Assembly (NCBI GenBank): GCA_965242865.1
Contig: CBDETK010000013.1
Span: 1,920,001 to 1,984,000 of the forward strand
Length of the DNA stretch: 64,000 nucleotides
Source: Candidatus Latescibacterota bacterium
GTDB lineage: Bacteria; Latescibacterota; UBA2968; UBA8231
Reading direction: 5' to 3'
Below, piece after piece: positions 1 to 7,281 of this stretch. The first letter of the stretch is position 1, and each line of letters starts with the position of its first letter. The position numbers and the translations under genes are program-made. The notes under the pieces were generated by a model. It saw nothing but the letters and a program-made list of their open reading frames with translations, was not told where the DNA came from and made no database searches.

Positions 1-146
1 CTTCTGCGGCTCACTCCCCCCGCTTCGGCCCGATTGCCCTCGCTTATGTGCGGCGACGTGCGTGCGCCGAGGGCACTGCGCTCGACGCAGGGGGAGCACA
101 AGCCACCGTAGTCTCCCTGCCTTTTTTCTCAAATGAATCCCGCTAA
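1..146 (+). CDS. 3' end of a YgfZ/GcvT-family folate-binding (aminomethyltransferase-like) protein, partial
   Basis: Frame from nt 3 reads SPRFGPIALAYVRR...GTALD...ATVVSLPF, typical of the GcvT/YgfZ C-terminal barrel; TAA at 144-146 overlaps the next gene. Confidence 0.6.
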   Translation, partial: SAAHSPRFGPIALAYVRRRACAEGTALDAGGAQATVVSLPFFSNESR

Positions 147-1044
147 GGCCGGCGGACGCTCCAAGATAGTCCACCTTGGGATCGACCGCGGCCCGCGCCA
201 CAACACCCGAGTGTGCGCCGAATTCGCCGCGCTCCTGCGCGAATACACCGACTGGATCGAGTGGGGCGACGGCTATGCCATTCTCGACGTCACCGACAAC
301 AAGCTCGACATCCCCTTTGGCATGCGCGTCGCCAAGATGATCAAGAGCGACATCAAGCGGCAGCTCGGCTGGGGCGTCTCCGTGGGGTTGGCCCCCAGCA
401 AGTTCTTGGCGCGGCTGGCCATGGAACGCCAGCGGCCCGATGGCCTAACGGTCGTGCGGCCCGAACAAATCGGAGATTTTCTCGCCGATGTGCCCATCGA
501 CCAGCTCCCCGGCGTGGGCGCGATTACGCGCCAGCAGCTCGCGGCCATGCACATAGAGCGCGTGGGCTCGCTGGCCCGCGCCTCCCTGAACGAACTCGTG
601 CGTCGCTTTGGCCAGCGCGGCCGCAGCTTTTGGCATCTCGCCCACGGCCAAGACGACGACCCGGTCGCCGCGGCCGAACCGCTCGGCCAAATCTGCGAGG
701 AAGCCTCCTTTGCCGCCCCGCTATACTCTCGCGAAGAAATGCACAATGCCTTGCGAGAGCTAGCCGCCGCGCTCTGCGGACGCTTGCAGCGCCGGGGGCT
801 GCAAGTGCGCGCCGTGAACCTAGCGGTGCGCTACCCAGATTTTCGCACCGCCACGCGCACCGCACGGTTGGCCTCCTTTACCGACCGCGCCCCGGTCGTC
901 TTGGCCGTGGCCGAGGCGTTGCTAGACCGCACTGAGGCCCGCGACTTGGGGGTGCGCTTGTTGGGCCTTGAATTGGGAGGATTTGCCGACGAGGCGCTCG
1001 AACAGCTCGATCTGTTCGCCAGCGAAACGTCGGTTGGGAATTAG
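133..1044 (+). CDS. DinB/Pol IV-like Y-family polymerase homologue, apparently catalytically inactive
   Basis: SVGLAPSKFLARLA, PDGL, LPGVG (HhH), little-finger region and C-terminal QLDLF clamp motif are present. DMDxFY and SIDE motifs are replaced (HLGID / WGDGYAILDVT) and the finger domain is missing. Confidence 0.8.
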   Translation: MNPAKAGGRSKIVHLGIDRGPRHNTRVCAEFAALLREYTDWIEWGDGYAILDVTDNKLDIPFGMRVAKMIKSDIKRQLGWGVSVGLAPSKFLARLAMERQRPDGLTVVRPEQIGDFLADVPIDQLPGVGAITRQQLAAMHIERVGSLARASLNELVRRFGQRGRSFWHLAHGQDDDPVAAAEPLGQICEEASFAAPLYSREEMHNALRELAAALCGRLQRRGLQVRAVNLAVRYPDFRTATRTARLASFTDRAPVVLAVAEALLDRTEARDLGVRLLGLELGGFADEALEQLDLFASETSVGN

Positions 1045-1314
1045 CATGGGACGCCCGGGCCATGCCTAGCGAAACTCGAGAACCTAGCTTCTAAGAAGCG
1101 GTCTGCTCCGCAAACCCTGCTTTGGGCTACATGAATGGCCGTCCAGTGGTCTTAACAGCACCCGTTTTTCATAGGGCGAGATGTCCTTGAGGGTTGCGGC
1201 GTTTCGTCCCTTGCGTCCAACCGATCATTGCCGTAGCAGTAAGCAGGTTGCGGCTTCTGTGTTTAGGCTCTTAATTACGGCCCGACGGCAAATGACCTAA
1301 ATCAGGGGCGGCCC

Positions 1315-1384
1315 CGTTGGGGCAGGCCCCCGTGCCTGCCCGTAAGAATTATAGGCGTTGGGGCAGGCCCCCGTGCCTGCCCGT
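1315..1384 (+). repeat. Two identical 29-bp REP-like palindromes
   Basis: CGTTGGGGCAGGCCCCCGTGCCTGCCCGT at 1315-1343 and 1356-1384; related inverted copy at ~11777-11804; resembles GTAG-type REP hairpins. Confidence 0.8.
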
Positions 1385-1518
1385 TACAGCGGCAAATTTG
1401 GCACGATCGGTTGGCAAATGAACGAGACGATGGTTAAGCATTTCACATCAGGCAGGGGCCTTGCTGTGGGGCAAAACCCTGTTGAGTGCTTGGAATCGTC
1501 GTCGATTTTAATGCGTCG

Positions 1519-1562
1519 TAAGTCCTTGAAAAACAACGACTTATCCCCCCATCCCCCGAAAA
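1519..1562 (+). promoter_or_regulatory. Palindrome + poly-C element, copy 1
   Basis: TAAGTCCTTG-AAAAA-CAACGACTTA, then T-C6-AT-C5, then GAAAA; ~350 bp upstream of the ATG at 1908. Confidence 0.6.
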
Positions 1563-1907
1563 TTCTCCGCTAGCTCCAAGCACTAAACTCTCTACTTTTC
1601 TGCATAGGCCGACGGATCGTGTGCGGCTGTTGGGCGTCGCGGCGGTCTGGCAGCACGACCCCAAGCGCACGCTACTGTGCGGCCTTTGTGCTGATCCCCG
1701 TTTACTGCACCACCTCCGCAACCCGTCTGCCAAAGACCGAGGGCGGAATCCCCTCGATCTAGACGCCGCGCTACCAGCAAAGGCGCACCCACAGCAAGGG
1801 GCGCGTCCTGAGCACTCCAAGTATAGCCCTAGGGCTAGCTCTGCCTCTTTGGGTGCGTCATGCCTCTCTTCCAGTTTCCACACCATATCCATACAAAGGA
1901 GCAAAAA

Positions 1908-3407
1908 ATGCTTTCGTTGAAATCTCTCAAAACCCTGCTTGCGTTCGTCCTTTTGGGCATCGTCGCTGCTTGGACGGGCTGCTCAGACTCCGCGCCGGTC
2001 GCTTCTCGTCCGGCCGGCAAAGCCACCTGTTCCTTGTGCGAGTTCTTGGGCGACGACACCTACACCGCTACCGACGGGCTGCCCGCCCCCGAAAGCCCTG
2101 ACACCACCCAAACCGACGCCGACGCCGATAGAACACAGGCCGACGCTGACGCTGACAGCACCCAATCGGCTATCGTTGAGTTCGCCGACGCCAATCTGGA
2201 GCGGTGCGTGCGGGAGGCGTTGGACCGCCCGCAAGGGACCCTGACCCCGGCGGGCTTGGCCGCCCTGACCGAACTCGACGCGAGCTACAAAAACATTGAG
2301 AGCGTGGCCGGCCTCGAACACGCGACAGCACTACACACGCTATATCTGCGGGACAACGCGATTACGGACGTGAGTCCGTTGGCCAGTCTGACCAACCTGC
2401 ACACGCTGTCGTTGTGGGGGAATGAGATTACAGACGTCAGTCCGCTGGCGGGCCTTATCAATCTTCAGAAGCTGTCGCTGTGGGGCAACGAAATTACGGA
2501 CGTGCAGCCGTTAGCCGGCCTAACGAACCTGCAATGGCTCCAGCTAGGAGACAATGAGATTGCGGATATCAGTCCGTTGGCGAGCCTGACGAACTTGCAA
2601 TGGCTGGGCGTGATGGAAAACGCCCTCAGCCCGCACGTTGCCAACCAACAGCTCGCCGCCGCGATAGCAAGCGGCCTCCGCGTCCAATCGCATCTAGAAA
2701 AATACCCCCGCGTCGAAACCGTCCAAACGGAACCAGAACCGGAGGAACCGACGGAATCCTTTTTATACTGGACGGACTGGGGCCGGGGTAAGATTCAGCG
2801 TACCAACCTAGATGGCTTAGGCGTCACAGACCTCGTCACGGGATTGGATTCTCCATCGGGCATCGCGCTGGATGTGGTGAGCGGAAGGATGTACTGGGCG
2901 GATGAAGGCGCGGGTAAAATTCAGCGTGCCAACCTAGATGGCTCAGGCGTCACAGACCTCGTCACGGGATTGATAACACCATCGGGCATCGCGCTGGATT
3001 TTAGTGCGCGAAAGATGTACTGGACGGAGATTGACGAGGGCACTTTTGGCACCGGTAAGATTCAGCGTGCCAACCTACATGGCTCAGGCGTCAGATCCCT
3101 CGTCACGGGATTGGATGGTGCATCGGGCATCGCGCTGGATTTGGAGAGCGGAAGGATGTACTGGACGGAGAGGGGGGTGACGGATAGGATTCGGCGTGCC
3201 AACCTACATGGCTCACCGGTCGAAGGCCTCGTCACGGCAGTGAGTAATCCATCACGCCTCGCGCTGGATTTGGAGAATAGAAAAATGTACTGGGCGGACT
3301 ATGGTTCGCAAAAGATTCAGCGTGCCAACTTGGATGCCCCATTCGCTGTCGAAGACCTCGTCACGGGATTGGGGGTTCCATCAAGCATCGCGCTGGATAT
3401 TCGGTAG
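1908..3407 (+). CDS. Lipoprotein with internalin-like LRRs and LDL-receptor class B (YWTD) repeats, paralog 1
   Basis: AAGGAG RBS; lipobox-like WTGC; CSLC motif; FADANLE LRR cap; 22-aa LxLxxNxIxDVSPL repeats; five YWTD/YWAD/YWTE..KIQRANLDG repeats. Confidence 0.9.
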   Translation: MLSLKSLKTLLAFVLLGIVAAWTGCSDSAPVASRPAGKATCSLCEFLGDDTYTATDGLPAPESPDTTQTDADADRTQADADADSTQSAIVEFADANLERCVREALDRPQGTLTPAGLAALTELDASYKNIESVAGLEHATALHTLYLRDNAITDVSPLASLTNLHTLSLWGNEITDVSPLAGLINLQKLSLWGNEITDVQPLAGLTNLQWLQLGDNEIADISPLASLTNLQWLGVMENALSPHVANQQLAAAIASGLRVQSHLEKYPRVETVQTEPEPEEPTESFLYWTDWGRGKIQRTNLDGLGVTDLVTGLDSPSGIALDVVSGRMYWADEGAGKIQRANLDGSGVTDLVTGLITPSGIALDFSARKMYWTEIDEGTFGTGKIQRANLHGSGVRSLVTGLDGASGIALDLESGRMYWTERGVTDRIRRANLHGSPVEGLVTAVSNPSRLALDLENRKMYWADYGSQKIQRANLDAPFAVEDLVTGLGVPSSIALDIR

Positions 3408-3409
3408 GC

Positions 3410-3457
3410 ATGGAGGTTCACCTGCCCGGCTTGAATGGCGTTGAGGCGACGCGGCAG
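3410..3457 (+). pseudogene. Shard of a response-regulator receiver domain
   Basis: Translates MEVHLPGLNGVEATRQ, matching the MDIxMPGLNGIEATRQ segment of NarL-type REC domains; only 16 codons. Confidence 0.5.
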
Positions 3458-3539
3458 AACGGGCTAAGGAGCCGAGCACCGGCTCTACGGCTTGTTCAAC
3501 ACGCCCCAAGGTAGAATTTGCGGAGCAGACCGCTTCTAA

Positions 3540-3701
3540 GAAGCGGTCTCAAAATTAGGGTTTCCGTCTCTGCTTCGGCTTGGTCCTTTGCTGGATTCCC
3601 GCCCCGTGTCGGAGCACGGGGTGACGTTCTTTCGCGGGAAGGACAGCGACCCGCTCTACGGCGTGTTCAACACCGTCCAAGATGGGTTTTCAGACCGCTT
3701 C
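3540..3701. mobile_element. MITE family A (162 bp)
   Basis: Terminal repeats GAAGCGGTCTCAAAA / TTTTCAGACCGCTTC (14/15), TAA on both sides, internal ATTCCCGC...GCGGGAA and CCCCGTG..CACGGGG hairpins; close homologue at ~55458-55563. Confidence 0.8.
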
Positions 3702-4675
3702 TAAGGCTTGGCGAACCCACTCACAAAATTCCAGATCACCTCGTGGGTAGATACGCCGCTGATGGCGTCCGGCCATTCGTGCCCTGCTCCAGTTAGCCGA
3801 TAGTGCTCCACGCGGACTCCCCCGTCGCAGGCGTCGTGGACGATGTGAAGTGCCGATCCCGACTGCGTTTCGCTCTCATTCTGGCAGTTGTATTGCTCGC
3901 TCCAGAATTGGACGAGACCGGGAATGTCTCGCATCGTTCCGACCGAATCCCAGGCCTTCCAGTCCCATTGGCTGTCGTACGCGATGATCGGGTCGTCGCG
4001 ACCGTGAATGTGCAGGATGGGTACGTTTTCTACGAGCGCACAGGAATGGGGCGTCACCGGCATCGTGCCGGCGAGAGAGGCGATGGCCGCGAACCGAGCG
4101 TTCAAATGACAGGCCAACTCGTAGGTGAACATCGAACCGAGGGAGTAGCCTGTTGCGTAGATGCGGTTTGAATCCACGCAGTAGCGCGCGGCGAGGTCGT
4201 CGATCAACGCCTCGACGAAGGCGATGTCTTGGGTGGAACCTTCGCGGGTGTTGAGTTGCCACTCCCCCTCGTTGGGCGGCACGAGTTCGGCCAATGGATA
4301 GACCGCGATCACCTTCTCTGCCTCGACCAACTGTTCAAATTCCCGCTGCTGTGGAAACGGGTCGTCGCGGCCCCCGCCACCGTGAAAGGCCATGAGCACT
4401 GGCAGCGTCACCCCGGCGTCGGCCCGAGGGACCGATAGCCGATATTGCCTCCGAACCCCGTCCACCGTGATTTCCCTAAGCGTCTGGCTCTCAGCCGCGG
4501 CTGGCGTGGCGCAAGCATTCAGAGGGTCGCCGCTACCGCCGCCTTCGCTCCCGGTGACACTGCTATCGCCGCTCTCGCCGCAAGCGGCCAAGACAACCAC
4601 GAGTCCACACTGCACGCCGGTCCGTAGCGCAGAGTGATCATATACACGCGCAAATCGCTTCCATAGACGCTGCAT
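3701..4675 (-). CDS. Alpha/beta-hydrolase lipoprotein (PHB-depolymerase/LpqP-like esterase)
   Basis: LAAC lipobox, FHGGGG, nucleophile motif GYSLG, HGRDD, GAGHEWP. Confidence 0.85.
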   Translation of the reverse strand: MQRLWKRFARVYDHSALRTGVQCGLVVVLAACGESGDSSVTGSEGGGSGDPLNACATPAAAESQTLREITVDGVRRQYRLSVPRADAGVTLPVLMAFHGGGGRDDPFPQQREFEQLVEAEKVIAVYPLAELVPPNEGEWQLNTREGSTQDIAFVEALIDDLAARYCVDSNRIYATGYSLGSMFTYELACHLNARFAAIASLAGTMPVTPHSCALVENVPILHIHGRDDPIIAYDSQWDWKAWDSVGTMRDIPGLVQFWSEQYNCQNESETQSGSALHIVHDACDGGVRVEHYRLTGAGHEWPDAISGVSTHEVIWNFVSGFAKP

Positions 4676-4722
4676 CACGTTCTCCTGTAAAAAGAAATTT
4701 TTCTGCGGTTCCCGCTGAATCC

Positions 4723-4799
4723 GGGATCGAGGGCGTCCCGCCCTCGACGAGGGCAAGATGCCCTCGATCCTCGGCAGGCTGACCGCGGGTGTCGTGTAC
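4723..4799. repeat. Double-hairpin repeat and right end of MITE family B
   Basis: GGGATCGAGGGCGTCCCGCCCTCGACGAGGGCAAGATGCCCTCGATCC (also at ~14057 and ~55420), followed by GTGTCGTGTAC-TAA. Confidence 0.7.
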
Positions 4800-4812
4800 T
4801 AAGCTCGGCCTC

Positions 4813-6075
4813 TTAGGCCACAGCCTGCGGCAACACCGAATCTCCATAAGGCATCGCCCAGATCCGGGCCTCCGGGCCAACGACCTCGTGCGCGGCTGCC
4901 ACGGCTTGGTCCAGGTCGCCAAAGGGCACTACGCCCACGCGGCCCATAGCTTCCGCCAGCAGCGACGAGACCAAGTGGACGCGGGCCTTTTTCAGCACCC
5001 CGGCAATGGCGGCGGCCTTGTGCCCGCCCAAGACGAATTCTCGCTCTATGCGCGCGAGCACCGAGTCGGCCGAATCCGCCTCCTGCAACCAAGCGGCAAA
5101 AGTAGCGCCCCCCAGCCCTTCGCGGCATTCGGCCACCCAGACGATGACACCGCCTTCGCGCACGGCATGCACGGCGTTGTCGAGGGCCTTTTGCGCCTGA
5201 TACATATTGACGTCGAGCGGGTAGCCGCCCGCGCTGACCAGCACCATATCGGCGCGGCGCGCAATGGGCACGGCCCCGCGCTCGGCCACCCACTCGCACC
5301 CCTGGCGATGCGCGTCGCGCATGTGCCCGGCAACGGCCGCGACGATGCGGTGGCGATCATCGACGATCGCATTGAGGATGAAGTCAACCCCCAGCATGGC
5401 CGCGCCTTCTTCCAAATCTTCGCGCACGGGATTGCCCGCCAAGCACCCGGTCGTCGCCCCGGGGCGGGTCATTAGACCGTGGTTGGCCGTTATCGTCTTG
5501 GAGGAGGCACAGCCGGGCAAAATCGCCTTGGCCCCGCCGGAAAAGCCGGCGAAGTAGTGGAACTCCAAGTTGCCCAAGCAGAGCCGCACATCGGCCTCCA
5601 CCAGGGGACGGAAGAGTTCCACGGGCGTCCCGCGGGCGGTGACGCCCAGCCGCACCACATCTTGTAAATCGTGGTTGACGACCCGCACCCGCTCATAAAC
5701 GGCCGGCCCCACCAAGGCCGCCAACTCGGCCTCGGTCTGCGCTCGATGCAGCCCCAACGCCACGATCACGGTCACAGCGGCATCCGCTACGCTGGCCGCG
5801 GCCAGTTCCTCCAGCACCGGCGGCAACAGGCGGTCCGTCGGGCAGGGCCGCGTCATATCGCTGACCACGATCGCGACCTGCTGACCGGGCCGCACCAGCG
5901 CACGCAATGCTGGCGTCCCCAACGGACGGGCCAAGGCTTGGCGCACCACATCTTGTTCGGCGCGGTTGCCGTTGGTCGCGGCTTGGGGCCGCACGACGCC
6001 GAGCAGGTGCTCGGTGGACACGGCGATCGGCAGGTATCCGTCGCCATAAGGGAGCTTGAGTTCAGTCGCGGTCAT
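4813..6075 (-). CDS. larA: Nickel-dependent lactate racemase family protein
   Basis: Motifs SDMTRP, ALGLHR, NHD, HYFAGFSGGAK, GGYPLD, NMYQAQK, GGHKA, PYG. Confidence 0.9.
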   Translation of the reverse strand: MTATELKLPYGDGYLPIAVSTEHLLGVVRPQAATNGNRAEQDVVRQALARPLGTPALRALVRPGQQVAIVVSDMTRPCPTDRLLPPVLEELAAASVADAAVTVIVALGLHRAQTEAELAALVGPAVYERVRVVNHDLQDVVRLGVTARGTPVELFRPLVEADVRLCLGNLEFHYFAGFSGGAKAILPGCASSKTITANHGLMTRPGATTGCLAGNPVREDLEEGAAMLGVDFILNAIVDDRHRIVAAVAGHMRDAHRQGCEWVAERGAVPIARRADMVLVSAGGYPLDVNMYQAQKALDNAVHAVREGGVIVWVAECREGLGGATFAAWLQEADSADSVLARIEREFVLGGHKAAAIAGVLKKARVHLVSSLLAEAMGRVGVVPFGDLDQAVAAAHEVVGPEARIWAMPYGDSVLPQAVA

Positions 6076-6079
6076 TCTG

Positions 6080-6334
6080 TCAATCCCTGCTCTCGGCGCG
6101 ATGGCCGGTCAGTGCGGTGAGTTCGGAAGTGCGCCGGCCAGCGTAGATGGCTTGTTTTAACGCTTCTGGATCATGCGTTCCCTTCCACGCTCCCGCTGTT
6201 GTTCGCAACGCCTCAAGGGTGCGCCCCTGAGGCGAGGCTGCAATGGATATGACCACATCCACACCTTCTTTGAGGTCGAGCCTCTCCTGCGGTATGAGCA
6301 CGCCTTCTGAAAATTTAGCCTTGATGTTCCGCAT
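6080..6334 (-). CDS. DUF104/AF2212-like antitoxin, no cognate toxin adjacent
   Basis: IKAKFSEGVLIPQERLDLKEGVDVVI matches the DUF104 pattern. Confidence 0.7.
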   Translation of the reverse strand: MRNIKAKFSEGVLIPQERLDLKEGVDVVISIAASPQGRTLEALRTTAGAWKGTHDPEALKQAIYAGRRTSELTALTGHRAESRD

Positions 6335-6471
6335 TGTTTTTCCCTCGTCTAGATCGCGAATCTACTCAGAATTGCTGAATGCGTGTACTGAACTCGATTC
6401 AGTGAAATCGCTTCGGCACCTGCTTTGACGTTTCATATTTTGAAAATACCTGCATTCTTCTGGTTTATCCA

Positions 6472-7255
6472 TTACCTGAGCAGCATGAAACTCGAAAGCG
6501 GCAAGCGGACGATTCGGGGGTCGTCAATCATCCCGGCATGGTCCTGCGTGATCAGCACGCCAAAAGAGGCGTTGTTGACTGATTTTTCTACGAATGACCG
6601 AATGCCCAGCGTATCCCGCAAGGGATCAATCCGGCGTTGATACTTGATTTCCACCGGCACGCGCTGTGCGCCGACCATCAAGACGAAATCCACTTCGCGG
6701 TCCAAGCCGCGCTCGGGCAAGTGGGCGATGCCGTGAATGGTCGAGGCGACCGAGCCGAAAATGCTCTCGGCGAGATGGCCGGCCAGCGCGGTGAGTTCGG
6801 GCCGCTCGGCTAGGGCTTCAGCCGTCAATGGAATCTGCTCCTGTAGCCAACTCGCTCGCAGGCCGTGATCGACCAGACATAGCTTCGCGTTCCCGCGCTT
6901 TCTCTTGAGCCGGATCTCGAGCGGTGGAATCAAGCGAAGCAGCAGGGTGTCGGCGAGAAACCTCAAGTAGTGAGTCACCCGCTGGCTGCCGATATTCGCG
7001 CCGAGCGATTGACGAGCTTCGTCCGCGAGTGTCGAAACCGTCGGCGTCTGCCCGGCATAGCGACAGGTTAAGCGGAAAAGCTCTTCAAGCAACTGGGCAT
7101 CCCGCTGCCGCCCGCGGTCGCCGACTCGGAGGTCGTGTTGGATGACGCGCTTGATCACGGTTTCGTTCAACTGGTCCGCGAGCAAGGCCCAAGCGACATC
7201 CTGTTGCTTGTGGACTATGGGATAGCCGCCCCGCTCTGAAAAATGCCGAAAGATT
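6472..7255 (-). pseudogene. C-terminal half of an AAA_14/DUF4143 ATPase
   Basis: GGYP, KLCLVDHGL, EVDFV..VEIKY are present; no P-loop or start; the 5' end is cut at a MITE-B end (7258-7268). Confidence 0.8.
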
Positions 7256-7257
7256 AG

Positions 7258-7281
7258 GTGTCGCGTACTTAGAAACGCTTC
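7258..7281. repeat. Stacked MITE ends (family B right end + family A remnant)
   Basis: GTGTCGCGTAC-TTA-GAAACGCTTC-TTA; the last TTA is the stop codon of the large surface-protein gene. Confidence 0.55.

Larger units (their letters stand above)
1095..3536. mobile_element. Putative non-autonomous cargo cassette (expanded MITE family A) carrying an LRR-YWTD lipoprotein gene
   Basis: GAAGCGGTCTGCTCCGCAAA (1095-1114) is the exact reverse complement of 3517-3536; TAA flanks both sides (1092-1094, 3537-3539); no transposase inside. Confidence 0.6.

Noticed and set aside
1315-1384. CRISPR mini-array
   Set aside because: Only two repeats with a 12-bp gap, REP-like sequence, and no cas genes.
1396-1420. 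Sigma54 promoter (TGGCACG...TTGGC)
   Set aside because: GG-to-GC spacing does not fit -24/-12, and the site is not well conserved in the paralogous leader.
2760-3407. Diversity-generating retroelement acting on the YWTD/LRR repeats
   Set aside because: No reverse transcriptase or template repeat in the window, and the differences are not adenine-specific.
3540-3701. Integron attC site
   Set aside because: No RYYYAAC/GTTRRRY ends and no integrase; terminal repeats plus a TAA duplication fit a MITE better.
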